From an uncultured Nanoarchaeota archaeon (GTDB lineage: Archaea; Nanobdellota; Nanobdellia; Pacearchaeales; GW2011-AR1), in the NCBI GenBank assembly GCA_963743615.1, contig CAVUQF010000002.1, forward strand, positions 65,697 to 129,696: a DNA stretch of 64,000 nucleotides. The letters are read 5' to 3'. Shown in pieces: positions 47,179-57,554 of the stretch. The stretch's first letter is position 1; every line of letters begins with the position of its first letter. The notes beneath the pieces were generated by a model. The model searched no databases and was not told where the DNA came from. It saw only the letters and a program-made list of their open reading frames with translations. A program made the position numbers and the translations under genes.

Positions 47179-50100
47179 GCAGCAATTTGAATGCGTATGA
47201 AACTTCTACAGGTTCTGCCTCTTCGCTTCCGCATATTGGGCAGATAATCTTATTCCTTATATTATCCTCAATTGCAATTGAGCCGCATTTTGTGCAAATG
47301 TTTAGTATAATTCTATCAGAGTCATATCTTTCTTTTAACAATAATGCTGCTCCGTGAGCTACAAGTGCTTGCTGTTCCATTTCTCCCAATCTTAATGCTC
47401 CTCCCTTGGATCTTCCTTCTACCGGCTGTCTTGTTAATAATGCAATCTTTCCTGAAGCTCTTGCATGTATCTTGTTTCCAACCATGTACTTCAATTTCAA
47501 ATAATATAAATCTCCAACGAAGATCTTGATATCAAACTTCTTTCCTGTTATTCCATTATACATAGTTTCTTTTCCATCGCATCTGAATCCCAATTTCTTA
47601 AGCTGCAATTCCAAATCTCCCTTGCTCTCCCCAGAGAATGGACTTCCATCAATAGTCTCTCCCTTTAAACATCCAACTTTGCCTGCAAGTAATTCTAACA
47701 AATATCCGACGGTCATTCTGCTTGGCAATCCATGTGGATTAAATATAATATCTGGTCTTATTCCTCTTGATGTAAATGGAATATCTTCTTCAGGGACAAT
47801 TGCCCCTATAACTCCTTTCTGTCCTGATGGTGCTGCAAATTTATCCCCTATCTCTGGAATTCTAGGATCTCTAGTTTTTACCTGAACTATTTTATTACCC
47901 TCAGAATCTTCCGTAATAAAAACAGCTTCAACAATTCCTTTCTCTTCCTGTCTCATAGGGATAGACGACTCTTTCTTGGTCTTGACAGAAATTTCTCTTG
48001 CTTCCGATAAGAATTTTGGAGGAGACATTTTTCCTATTAATACATCTCTTTCGTTTATGTCCGCTTCAGGATAGATTATTCCATCTCCTTCCAATAGTCT
48101 ATAACTTGATTCTATCTTATATCCTGATGCATCTTTTTCAGGAATTGCAATTTCATCCTTTAATCCTCCGGAATAATTCATTTCAACAGCTGAATAGGGT
48201 CTGAAGAAAAAGCTTCTTCCAACACCTCTATCTATACTTCCTTTGTTGAAAACAAGGGCATCTTCCATGTTATAACCATCATAAGTCATAACTGCAACAA
48301 CCAAATTCTGTCCTGCAGGATAAATATTAAGAGTATCATAAATGAAGCTTTTTACAATCGGTTTTTGCGGATATTGAAGGACAGAAACATCTGTATCAAT
48401 TCTTGCAAGATAATTTGCGGCATACAATCCAAGAGCTTGTTTGTAACCCTTACTTCCCTTGATTAATTTAGCGCAAGAATTATGGTTGACGTATGGCAAC
48501 AGACTTGTAACGACTCCAAGCACTCCTATCCCTTCAATTTCTAGATGAGTATGGTCTGGGGTTAAATCTTCTTCCTTTTGTGCAACAAGAGCATTTTCTT
48601 CTTCTGCAGCGTCGAGATATTCAATGACTCCCTTTGAGATCAAATCTTCCCAGCTTAATTCTTCTTGCTCTAATTGGACCAAATGTTCATCTGTTAATCT
48701 TGATATTCCCTTATCTGCGACGATTAAAGGTCTTAGTACTCTTCCAGGCTCAGTTGAAATTAAGACAACCTTAAATTCGGAATAGTCCCTAACACTCATC
48801 TGCAATGGAAGTTCCTTTGTTCTTCTTCTTTCTTTTATATTATTAACAAATTCTTTTCTGTTCTTTATGCTTCCTATAAATATACCATTGAAGAAAACAT
48901 CAGTTCCTTCAGTTTCTTCGATGCTCAATCCTTCTTTTTCAAGATTTTTGACAAACTCTTTTTCATCCAGATCAACTTTTGTTGAGACTCTGCTTAAGAT
49001 TGCGAGATTTTTTCTTAATCCAATTTCAGTTCCCTCTGGAGTTTCAATAGGGCAGAATCTTCCGTAATGAGTGGGGTTCAATGTTCTTGCTTCAAAATTT
49101 TCCTGCTCTGTCTGAAGCATGCTTGAAACTCTCTGTAACTGTGAAATTATTGCAAGATAATTTGTCTTATCCATATTCTGCGTGATTCCGCTTCTTTCAC
49201 CAACCCAGCTACCGGTTGCGATTGCAGACTCAATTCTATGGGAGAATAATGTTGATTTTGAAATAACTTTTAATGAGGAGAATTTTTTTCTCTTCATTGA
49301 TTTCTGCAAGGAATACTGTATATCTCTTATTAAAATCCCAAGATTGACTCTGAATAAGCTTGCAAGCAAATCTCCAGAAAGTCTAACTCTCTTATTTGCA
49401 TAGTGGTCCTTGTATGTTCTTAAGTTGGGGTTTAATTTTGCAATCAGGAATTGTTTTATAAGCTTGCAGAGTGTGACTGCTTTCTTTAGTCTGTCTTCCT
49501 TGTCTTGTCCAATATGTGGGAATAAGAAAGAGTCAATTCTTTGTTTTACTCTGTCCAAGATTTCTTTTTTTGTTCCTTGAAGATTTGTTTTTTCTGCAAT
49601 GTACATCATTGCATCTTCTTTTGTTGCAATATTAACAAATTCATAAAGATTAACAATAAAACTATCTGTTTCAATGCCGATATATCTTGCGATATCTGAC
49701 TCTTTTGTAAGGCCAAGTGCCTTTAGCAAAACCACAGAAGGAATATCTCTAAATCTGCTAAATGAGGTGTTTATCAATCCCTCTTTATTTTCTGAGATTA
49801 ATATCGGAATTCTATAGGTTCCTCTCAAGGAGAATAATCTTAATGTCAGATTTCCATTCTTGTCGTTTTCAATGAATGGCTGATTCTCTGCAAGGTCTTC
49901 GGCCATGACCATGACTCTCTCATTTCCGTTTATTATGAAGTATCCACCAGGATCATTTGGATCCTCATAATTTTTTATAAGATCGTCTTTTGACAAGCCA
50001 TTTGTGTTACAGATGCTGCTCTTTACCATTACAGGAATTCTTCCTATCTCAACTGTTTCAGAGTCAACCTGATCTTCATGTTTAACAGTTAATTCAACAT

Positions 50101-50371
50101 AGACCGGAGCAGAATAAGTTAAGTTCCTGAGTCTTGCTTCATAAGGCATAATCAGGGATGAACTTCCATCGGCTTCAATGATATTTGGTCTTCCTATTTT
50201 TATCCTTCCCAAAGAAATATCAAATTCTCCCTTCTCAATTGTTCTAGAAATTTCTTCCGTAATCTCCTGAACTCTCCCCTCGATAAAATCGTTAAAGGAA
50301 GTTATATTGGACGCAACTAAAGAATGATCTTGCAGGTATCTTTTTACGATTAGGTGATTATTTTTTTCCAT
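47117..50371 (-). CDS. rpoB: DNA-directed RNA polymerase subunit B (unsplit)
   Basis: GDKFAAPSGQKGVIG...GLPSRMTVGYLLELLAGK and a C-terminal Zn motif; 1084 aa. Confidence 0.95.
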   Translation of the reverse strand: MEKNNHLIVKRYLQDHSLVASNITSFNDFIEGRVQEITEEISRTIEKGEFDISLGRIKIGRPNIIEADGSSSLIMPYEARLRNLTYSAPVYVELTVKHEDQVDSETVEIGRIPVMVKSSICNTNGLSKDDLIKNYEDPNDPGGYFIINGNERVMVMAEDLAENQPFIENDKNGNLTLRLFSLRGTYRIPILISENKEGLINTSFSRFRDIPSVVLLKALGLTKESDIARYIGIETDSFIVNLYEFVNIATKEDAMMYIAEKTNLQGTKKEILDRVKQRIDSFLFPHIGQDKEDRLKKAVTLCKLIKQFLIAKLNPNLRTYKDHYANKRVRLSGDLLASLFRVNLGILIRDIQYSLQKSMKRKKFSSLKVISKSTLFSHRIESAIATGSWVGERSGITQNMDKTNYLAIISQLQRVSSMLQTEQENFEARTLNPTHYGRFCPIETPEGTEIGLRKNLAILSRVSTKVDLDEKEFVKNLEKEGLSIEETEGTDVFFNGIFIGSIKNRKEFVNNIKERRRTKELPLQMSVRDYSEFKVVLISTEPGRVLRPLIVADKGISRLTDEHLVQLEQEELSWEDLISKGVIEYLDAAEEENALVAQKEEDLTPDHTHLEIEGIGVLGVVTSLLPYVNHNSCAKLIKGSKGYKQALGLYAANYLARIDTDVSVLQYPQKPIVKSFIYDTLNIYPAGQNLVVAVMTYDGYNMEDALVFNKGSIDRGVGRSFFFRPYSAVEMNYSGGLKDEIAIPEKDASGYKIESSYRLLEGDGIIYPEADINERDVLIGKMSPPKFLSEAREISVKTKKESSIPMRQEEKGIVEAVFITEDSEGNKIVQVKTRDPRIPEIGDKFAAPSGQKGVIGAIVPEEDIPFTSRGIRPDIIFNPHGLPSRMTVGYLLELLAGKVGCLKGETIDGSPFSGESKGDLELQLKKLGFRCDGKETMYNGITGKKFDIKIFVGDLYYLKLKYMVGNKIHARASGKIALLTRQPVEGRSKGGALRLGEMEQQALVAHGAALLLKERYDSDRIILNICTKCGSIAIEDNIRNKIICPICGSEEAEPVEVSYAFKLLLEELQGLHIHTKFGLKNKYE

Positions 50372-50391
50372 TTTGGTTAAATCGTCTCTAA

Positions 50392-50598
50392 CTAAACTAT
50401 AACTCTAAAATAAACTTCAGTTTCATCGCCATCTTTTCTTTCGATTTTTATCACATCTCCGACGCTGCACTCCTGTGGTAACACTGGATCTGTTAAAAGA
50501 ATCTTTGGCAACTGTGCTTTTGTAACATTTAGTTTAGACAATAATTCCTGAACTTCTTTTTCGTTGAGTTTGATGTGTTTAGGTTGGAGTATATGCAT
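50392..50598 (-). CDS. rpoH: RNA polymerase subunit H (Rpb5 homologue)
   Basis: HILQPKHIKLNEKEVQELL...DPV...GDVIKIERKDGDETEVYFRVIV matches RpoH. Confidence 0.85.
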   Translation of the reverse strand: MHILQPKHIKLNEKEVQELLSKLNVTKAQLPKILLTDPVLPQECSVGDVIKIERKDGDETEVYFRVIV

Positions 50599-50739
50599 CG
50601 GTTTTTTTATATTTAAAAACGTTTTGTTTATTTTATTTATAACTTAAGGATAATAAAAGATATAAAAATTTGATTTAAAAAGCTTTTGCTTTTTAACCAA
50701 AATATCAAGTTTCTAATATATTGGGACAATTGAGATAAT

Positions 50740-51477
50740 TTACGGGTTTCTTAACTTTTCAATAAGCCCTTTCGAAATTTGAGTATACCCTATCTCATCT
50801 AAGGCTTCTCCTATTTGCAAGAGAGTATACTTTTCTTCTTTTCTTGAGGCATAGCCTTTTACTCCCCTAATTAAAAGCATTTCCGGGTTAATGCTATTAT
50901 TGCTGCCTATTGCAGATCCTCCATGAAGCCCCATGAGGAGTGCCTGCCTTGCGAATGGCTCCTTCACATCCTTATATGTACTAATTCCAATAGGCATTTT
51001 CCCTATCCTCCGTTGTTCCAAAAATTTACCATAATCTCCTGCAGAATCTCCAAAAGCATATACAGTTACTTCCTCCTCTCCGAATCGGTTTGTTGGGATT
51101 GAAGAATATCCTTTAGGCAACTTTACTGAATTTTTCGAAAAAATTTCAAATTGTCGATCTGTCAAATAGAATTTATTACTCTCTCTAAGAGCCATTCTAA
51201 CTTTATCAGGATAAGATGTTGTTGGAGAATCTCTTACCAAAAAGTTTCCCTCATTTGTGTAAATAATTCCCTCTCCAACCAGATTTTCTTCCATACAAAC
51301 ATCATCCATCGCCATTTGCATTCTCAGATTTGCTACTTCTTCAAAAGAGGGAATATGGTATCCTAATCTCTCCAATTCAGATTTACCTCTCCAAAAATCA
51401 GTCACCACATGGGCCGAACTTATTCCTTCGGGAAGAATATCTTCAATTATATGCATACTTTTCCGTGTAAATATCAC
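50740..51477 (-). CDS. hypothetical protein
   Basis: 245-aa ORF with no assignable motif. Confidence 0.3.
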   Translation of the reverse strand: MIFTRKSMHIIEDILPEGISSAHVVTDFWRGKSELERLGYHIPSFEEVANLRMQMAMDDVCMEENLVGEGIIYTNEGNFLVRDSPTTSYPDKVRMALRESNKFYLTDRQFEIFSKNSVKLPKGYSSIPTNRFGEEEVTVYAFGDSAGDYGKFLEQRRIGKMPIGISTYKDVKEPFARQALLMGLHGGSAIGSNNSINPEMLLIRGVKGYASRKEEKYTLLQIGEALDEIGYTQISKGLIEKLRNP

Positions 51478-51512
51478 TATTTAAAATTTGTGCAGTTAAA
51501 GTTCCAATGAAA

Positions 51513-52154
51513 TTATCCCCCTAATTCAATAGAAATACACCAGTTCTTTTCATAAAATTCTTTGAGCAAAGACTCTATATCTTTCTTAAGTCCCACTATA
51601 AGGTATTTTAGTAAAACTTTTTTCTCTACCCTATTTGCATCAATCTTAAGTATTTTAAAGTTTAAGCAATATTTTGCCAAGATGTTTGTAATCTCTTCTT
51701 TATTTACAAACCCTTTTGTAACAATATTTATTTCCCTCCTGTAGGATCCAACAAATATATTTTCAAGATATCTGTCCACAAAAACCACGGCCCAGACAAG
51801 AATATATATTACTATTCCCACTTCATACATTCCAAGTCCTATAAGCAATCCGAAAATTGCGAAAAGCCAGATACTTGCGGCAGTTGTAAAGCCAAAAATC
51901 CTGTCCGAAGTCCTTATCAGGGCTCCAGCTCCAAGAAAACCAATACCTGTAACGATTCCTCCAAGCAGGTATATACCTAGAGTTAATCCAATCTGATCTG
52001 CAGCAATACCTAAACCCGCTGCGCCCATTGAAACAAGAATGAATGTTCCAAACCCTATGGGTTTGTGTGTTCGCTGCCTTTCTAATCCATATACCGATGC
52101 CAATACAAAAACAACAAGAAGTCTTTCAATGGTAGTTAAATCAAATTGTATCAT
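51513..52154 (-). CDS. mgtC: MgtC/SapB-family membrane protein
   Basis: LASVYGLERQRTHKPIGFGTFILVSMGAAG matches the MgtC N-terminal consensus (GLERE...AGLRTH). A C-terminal ACT-like domain is present. Confidence 0.7.
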   Translation of the reverse strand: MIQFDLTTIERLLVVFVLASVYGLERQRTHKPIGFGTFILVSMGAAGLGIAADQIGLTLGIYLLGGIVTGIGFLGAGALIRTSDRIFGFTTAASIWLFAIFGLLIGLGMYEVGIVIYILVWAVVFVDRYLENIFVGSYRREINIVTKGFVNKEEITNILAKYCLNFKILKIDANRVEKKVLLKYLIVGLKKDIESLLKEFYEKNWCISIELGG

Positions 52155-52259
52155 AGATCAAAAATTTTATTTATCTTTATAATTATATCTTGAACTTCTT
52201 CAGTGACAAAATGTAATATATAGAACATTTTTTAAATTAATTATTTTTATCTAACTGAT

Positions 52260-52333
52260 GGTTCCGTAGCTCAGTTTGGTAGAGCACTAGGCTTTTAACC
52301 TAGGTGTCGGGGGTTCAAATCCCCTCGGGACCA
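52260..52333 (+). tRNA. tRNA-Lys (anticodon UUU)
   Basis: Acceptor GGUUCCG/CGGGACC+A. D-arm GCUC/GAGC. Anticodon arm CUAGG-CUUUUAA-CCUAG. T-arm GGGGG-UUCAAAU-CCCCU. Confidence 0.9.
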
Positions 52334-52346
52334 CTTTGACTCACAT

Positions 52347-52712
52347 CTATTTCGAAGGAACAAGACCAAGATAACGGGGTAAATTCATGACTGAATATGA
52401 CACACGAACACAAACGGCTCTTAAATACTCCTGCCTTTCTTCTGGAAGTTTTGTAAATATTGCGAGATCTTCTGAGAGCGACGATGTTTGTGATCTCACA
52501 TCTTCTATTACTTTGCCTCTCCAATCATTTTTATTTGGCCAAAGGGCTCTAGCCATTTTTACTAAGTATGAAAAATCCCCCTCTCTTGAAATTTCTCCAA
52601 GAGAACTAGCTAAATCTTGGACGTTTTGATACTCTTCTAGTGTAGCTCTTCCTAGAATATGATTGTCTGTCGCTATGGCCGCATCGCAAGCTTCCCACGC
52701 AAGATCTTTCAT
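52347..52712 (-). CDS. hypothetical protein adjacent to tRNA-Lys
   Basis: 121-aa ORF that looks less AT-rich than the local average. Confidence 0.3.
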   Translation of the reverse strand: MKDLAWEACDAAIATDNHILGRATLEEYQNVQDLASSLGEISREGDFSYLVKMARALWPNKNDWRGKVIEDVRSQTSSLSEDLAIFTKLPEERQEYLRAVCVRVSYSVMNLPRYLGLVPSK

Positions 52713-52773
52713 AATTTATCCAAGGAGCAATAACTTTTAAGCATTATGGTGATACTTATATTATTCAGAATAA

Positions 52774-53097
52774 TCAGAGATTTTTCTTCAATTTTTTCTC
52801 AAAATCTTCAAGGTTTACAGCTCCAACGAATCTTTCAGAAGCCTTTCCATCCTTGAACAGAATAAAATTAGGTATTGACATAACATCAAATTTTTGCGCA
52901 AGCTTATTGTTCTCATCAACATTTATCTTCCCAAATTTAACTTTCCCTTTGAATTTGTCAGAAAGCTCTTCAATAATTGGAGCCATCATCAAGCAAGGCA
53001 TACACCACTCCGCAAAGAAATCAATCAAGACATTTCCATTTTTTATGAAACTATCAAACTCCCCGCTTGTTAATTCGGGTACCTTATCATTTGCCAT
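52774..53097 (-). CDS. trxA: thioredoxin
   Basis: WCMPC active site; 107 aa. Confidence 0.85.
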   Translation of the reverse strand: MANDKVPELTSGEFDSFIKNGNVLIDFFAEWCMPCLMMAPIIEELSDKFKGKVKFGKINVDENNKLAQKFDVMSIPNFILFKDGKASERFVGAVNLEDFEKKLKKNL

Positions 53098-53160
53098 CTT
53101 TTGAGTAGAAGAAGATTATTTATAAAATTTTCTTGTGCTAGATTATCGAGCAAAAATTGT

Positions 53161-54198
53161 TTATACATTATTACTTTTTTCAAAGAATTCTATAGCTTTC
53201 AGGGCTTTTTCCTTGGTATTGTTGAAAATTTCAGGGTGGTTTGCTATCTCTTGGGCCAAGAACCACTTAAGTTCTGTTCCTTCATCCGACTTATCTAGGA
53301 TTTTACCTCCGGATATTCTGCCCAAGTATGAAATGTTTATATGATGATGATCTGGCTTGATTATATCTATTTGAATATCAAGGTTTTGTGGCATATTGCT
53401 ATATTGCATCTCTCTTGGATTTATTAATTCAATATCATATCCGGATTCTTCTTTTGCCTCTCTAATTGCACAATCTGAAGGAAGCTCGTTTTTCTCAACA
53501 TGTCCTCCTAGAGGTACAAATTTGTTCACTTTTCTATTCCATGTAAGCAAGACTCGACCCCTGTCTACAACATAAACCGTAGATAAAAACTCTCTTGTTA
53601 TCTCCTTATCTTGTAATTCTTTAAGAGGTTGGGATTCTCCAAAATTAAGGTACATTCTGCTTTCCTGAATCTTTTCTGCACCTAGATATTTACTGTTTAA
53701 TCCTTCGGACCCGTAAGGCTTCTCGCAGTCAGAATCCAGCTCCTCGAATGCTATTTGCGCGATTTTCATTCCAGGATACAGCTTTATTGGTAGAGGGCTT
53801 GCATTATGTAGCTCAAGAGTCAGTTTGAGACAGTTGCCTGGATCCAGAAACCCTGCGGTGGTGTGTATAAGAAGTCCAAGTCTTGCAAGGGAGCTCTTTC
53901 CTTCCAATCTCCCAACATGTCTCTTGTCCACCCCGGTCTTTTCTTTTATCAGCGCCAGTGCAAAGCTTCCGGGATGAAGAACAAAATATCTATCATCTTC
54001 TATATACACTTCTTCCATAAATCCTGTAACAGGTTTCTTTGTATCTATAACTTCTGTTTCATGGGGTTTGTAAATCTTGAATTCATTTCCTAGGTGAAGA
54101 TCATAGCTTGCAGGCTGTAAGTTCTCGGGATTAAACGGTTCAATCATTATTTCACCTGTTTTAACTTTCTCTTTTATCGACCTATCACTAAGTATCAT
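53161..54198 (-). CDS. dcd: dCTP deaminase (Dcd/dUTPase fold) fused to a C-terminal NUDIX hydrolase domain
   Basis: The N-terminal MILSDRSIKEKV...ASYDLHLGNEF...GLLIHTTAGFLDPG is the Dcd signature. The C-terminal GGHVEKNELPSDCAIREAKEESG is a NUDIX box. Confidence 0.75.
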   Translation of the reverse strand: MILSDRSIKEKVKTGEIMIEPFNPENLQPASYDLHLGNEFKIYKPHETEVIDTKKPVTGFMEEVYIEDDRYFVLHPGSFALALIKEKTGVDKRHVGRLEGKSSLARLGLLIHTTAGFLDPGNCLKLTLELHNASPLPIKLYPGMKIAQIAFEELDSDCEKPYGSEGLNSKYLGAEKIQESRMYLNFGESQPLKELQDKEITREFLSTVYVVDRGRVLLTWNRKVNKFVPLGGHVEKNELPSDCAIREAKEESGYDIELINPREMQYSNMPQNLDIQIDIIKPDHHHINISYLGRISGGKILDKSDEGTELKWFLAQEIANHPEIFNNTKEKALKAIEFFEKSNNV

Positions 54199-54241
54199 TT
54201 TCTCAGATACAGTTTAAATTTTATATTCTTTTCCATTATTT

Positions 54242-54514
54242 TTAACCAATCAATGTTGATATGAACTTATATCCGAACCAAACGAGCATGAGATAGTAAA
54301 TGAACGAGGACACGTGGAATATTGCAACAATTATTAAGTATATTCCAAAAACTGCGTCAATACCACTCATTACCTCCCTGAAAATTGCAAATTTGAAAAT
54401 TAAATATGATCCTCCCGCAACAAGAAGATAAGTTGAGTATACTATATTGAATTGCGCAAGTGAAACTGCGGTGAAAGAAATCAGATCAAGTATCATCAAT
54501 ATCCAGACTATCAT
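54242..54514 (-). CDS. small membrane protein
   Basis: 90 aa with 3 TM segments. Confidence 0.3.
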   Translation of the reverse strand: MIVWILMILDLISFTAVSLAQFNIVYSTYLLVAGGSYLIFKFAIFREVMSGIDAVFGIYLIIVAIFHVSSFIYYLMLVWFGYKFISTLIG

Positions 54515-54529
54515 TTGAAAATTGCTTTG

Positions 54530-55063
54530 TTAAAATTCTATTCCTTTTCTTGCAAGAATTCCTTTGTCATAAGGGTGCTTTAGTTTTTTTACTTCAGAAA
54601 CGTAATCTGCTATGTCTTTTAAGGATTGTGGGTAATCTCTTCCAGTAAGAATAAGTTCTGTGTTTTTTGGTTTATTAACTATCAGATCAATTCCCAGAGA
54701 TTCGGGAATAACATCCCAATTGATTCCTGGCCCAAGTTCATCAATAAGAACAACATCATAATCTTTAAGATCAGAAATTGCATCGTTCCAGAATTCCATG
54801 AAATTTTTTGTTAAATCTTCCTTTTGGCTTTGGTCATAGTTTTTGAAGTAAGGATGTAGTGGCTTGAACTGTAAATAGTTTACATTTAATTTTTCAAAGA
54901 AAAACTGTTCTCCAGTATCTCTCTTAAATAACTGTATTATTTTGACTTTTAATCCTCTTCCTAATGCCCTCACAATAAGACCCATCCCTGCAGAAGTCTT
55001 TCCCTTTCCCTCCCCCGTGTAGATATGAACAAGTCCGAGATTTAATCTTTCATTATCTTCCAT
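54530..55063 (-). CDS. CobA/CobO/BtuR-type cob(I)alamin adenosyltransferase
   Basis: GLVHIYTGEGKGKTSAGMGLIVRALGRGLKVKIIQLFK matches the family's P-loop N-terminus. Confidence 0.7.
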   Translation of the reverse strand: MEDNERLNLGLVHIYTGEGKGKTSAGMGLIVRALGRGLKVKIIQLFKRDTGEQFFFEKLNVNYLQFKPLHPYFKNYDQSQKEDLTKNFMEFWNDAISDLKDYDVVLIDELGPGINWDVIPESLGIDLIVNKPKNTELILTGRDYPQSLKDIADYVSEVKKLKHPYDKGILARKGIEF

Positions 55064-55069
55064 ATTTTT

Positions 55070-57553
55070 TCAGCTGCATTTGCTATATCCACAGTCAAAG
55101 CATGTAGGTTCAGAGCATCCTGCAACCATACCTACGTTCGAGCTAAAGCATTTAGGGCAATGAAGTGCAGAGTTATTGTCAATTGTCTTTACAGTCATAT
55201 CATGTCCACCTATCTCTTGATTTATTACTTTTATTTTTCCAGTCTTGACAAGATGATTTCTTAGTGCAACAGAGATAGCATGTGCCACGGAATCAATTTT
55301 ATTCTTTCCAAAACCAAAAGGTCTCTCAGATTTTATTGAATTGAGATGTTTGAGAATTCTTACAGGATCTCCCCCAAGTTCAAAATACTTTGAAAGTAGG
55401 ATTGAGACTGCTGTAGCCATGCCTGAGATTTCTGTTCCTGTTGGAGAAAGATTTGCAAATACTCTTGTCGGACCATTCTCATCATAATTTATGTGTATAT
55501 GCATAGGCCCCTGACCCGTTTCAATGAGGTAATAATCCGCCTTTTCCTCTGTGGATTTTTCCTTCGCTTTCTTTTCCTCCTTCTTATCATTAATATTCAG
55601 AACTTGGAATTGCTTGCTTCCATCTCTATAGACCGTAACACCCTTTGCCCCATTATCAAATGCAAGCATATAAGCATCCTCAACATCTTTTTCTGTTGCA
55701 TCATTTCTCATGTTTACTGTTTTGGAAACTGCATTGTCTGTGTATTTTTGGAATGCACACTGCATTAGTACATGCTCCTTGGGATTTAGATCGTGTGAAG
55801 TCAAAAATAAATTTTGTATCTTTTCCGGAATTTCCTTAATCCCAACAAGAGATTTGTGATTGTCGCTTATCCTTATGTAAAGTTCTTCTTTTCTCATTCC
55901 AAAGTAGTTGTTTTTGTCTGCAATTTTTTCAAATAAAGGATTTACTTCAAAAAATGTATCTTTCTCTGCAGGAGTCTGTCCTTTCTTTAGTGCATCTATT
56001 CCGGCGGCATTGTATCTTACATAAACAACGGCAAAGAATGGTTCAATTCCTGCGCCTTGCAAGCCTGCTGTAATTCCTATTGTTCCCGTTGGGGCTATAG
56101 TTGTTCTTGCAGAATGCCTTGGAAAGAATTCTTGTCCTCTAAAAAACATGCTGTCTTTGTCAAAGATTGAGCCCTTCCATGCTGGGAATACCCCTTTGTT
56201 TTCAGCTAACTCCTCTGATGCATTCAAGCAGGATACGTTGATAAATTCCATTAGTTCTTCAGCTTTTGAAAGTGCTTTTTGGGAATTATAAGGGATACCA
56301 AGCATTACAAGAGATTCTGCCCATCCCATAACTCCGAGTCCTATTCTTCTTGTTTTCTTCGCCATCTCCTCAATCTCGGGTATTGGATAATTGTTTATAT
56401 CAATAACATTATCTAGAAAATGGGTGCATACAAAAACGCATTTCTTAAGTGATTCATAATCGAAATTACTTCCGTCTTCTTTTACAAATTTTGATAGGTT
56501 TATTGACCCAAGATTACAGGGCTCATAAGGAAGAAGTGGTTGCTCTCCACAGGGATTTGTTGATTCTATCTCACCAAGTTGGGGTGTTGCGTTGCTGGAG
56601 GTCATATTTATTCGATCAATCATTATAATCCCCGGATCTCCTGTTTCCCACGCACCCCTTACAAGCTTCTGCCAAACTTCCTTTGCATTTACTCTTCTAA
56701 CAACCTCTTTGGTTCTTGGGTTAAGTAAATCATATTCTCTGTCTTCTTTTACAGCTCTCATAAACTTTTCATCTATTGTTACAGACACATTGAAATTTTC
56801 CATAACCCCTGGGGTTTTCTTCATATCTATAAAGTCTAAAATATTTGGGTGGGTATAATGCATTATTCCCATATTTGCTCCACGTCTTGTCCCTCCTTGC
56901 TTTACAACCTCTGTTGATTTGTCGAATATTTGCATAAACGAAATTGGTCCTGACGAGATCCCCTTTGTCGTTTTTACCTGATCTCCAGAAGGCCTTAATT
57001 TTGAAAAGGAAAATCCAGTCCCGCCACCGCTCTTATGGATTAAAGCCATATTTTTTACAGATTCATAAATATCTTCTATTGAATCTCCTACAGGTAGGAC
57101 ATAACACGCACTCAGCTGTTGCAGTTCTCTACCAGCATTCATGAGTGTTGGAGAATTTGGAAGGAATTTGAATGTGGACAATAATTCGTAAAACTCCTCC
57201 TCCGTCCTGGAAACTAATTCTGGATTTTTAGTGTAGATTTCTTCAAGATTCTTTACAAATCTCTTGAAATTTTCATCCCGTTTATTATGATTAATTAGCC
57301 CATAGTGAAGAAGGTACATGTGCGCATTTTTTCCATGTGAGTCATAGTTTACATCCTTATAATTTATTCCCGCAAAAATTTCGTCGCTGCTTGCATTACC
57401 GGAACTTAGAATATCTGCAAGGGCAATGTTGTGGCAAATAGTTCTAAACCAAGATTCAACGGTTGGAGAATCTTTCAGGTATTTATTCTTTATTACTTTA
57501 AGCTGATTTTCTGTAAGGTTTAGTTTTGTAAGCTGCTGAAGTTCTGGAATCAT
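55070..57553 (-). CDS. nrdJ: adenosylcobalamin-dependent (class II) ribonucleotide reductase
   Basis: 827 aa with the RNR barrel motifs and a C-terminal Cys-rich tail CPKCFSS...CSEPTCFDCGYSKCS. Its start overlaps the nrdR stop. Confidence 0.85.
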   Translation of the reverse strand: MIPELQQLTKLNLTENQLKVIKNKYLKDSPTVESWFRTICHNIALADILSSGNASSDEIFAGINYKDVNYDSHGKNAHMYLLHYGLINHNKRDENFKRFVKNLEEIYTKNPELVSRTEEEFYELLSTFKFLPNSPTLMNAGRELQQLSACYVLPVGDSIEDIYESVKNMALIHKSGGGTGFSFSKLRPSGDQVKTTKGISSGPISFMQIFDKSTEVVKQGGTRRGANMGIMHYTHPNILDFIDMKKTPGVMENFNVSVTIDEKFMRAVKEDREYDLLNPRTKEVVRRVNAKEVWQKLVRGAWETGDPGIIMIDRINMTSSNATPQLGEIESTNPCGEQPLLPYEPCNLGSINLSKFVKEDGSNFDYESLKKCVFVCTHFLDNVIDINNYPIPEIEEMAKKTRRIGLGVMGWAESLVMLGIPYNSQKALSKAEELMEFINVSCLNASEELAENKGVFPAWKGSIFDKDSMFFRGQEFFPRHSARTTIAPTGTIGITAGLQGAGIEPFFAVVYVRYNAAGIDALKKGQTPAEKDTFFEVNPLFEKIADKNNYFGMRKEELYIRISDNHKSLVGIKEIPEKIQNLFLTSHDLNPKEHVLMQCAFQKYTDNAVSKTVNMRNDATEKDVEDAYMLAFDNGAKGVTVYRDGSKQFQVLNINDKKEEKKAKEKSTEEKADYYLIETGQGPMHIHINYDENGPTRVFANLSPTGTEISGMATAVSILLSKYFELGGDPVRILKHLNSIKSERPFGFGKNKIDSVAHAISVALRNHLVKTGKIKVINQEIGGHDMTVKTIDNNSALHCPKCFSSNVGMVAGCSEPTCFDCGYSKCS

Positions 57554-57554
57554 C

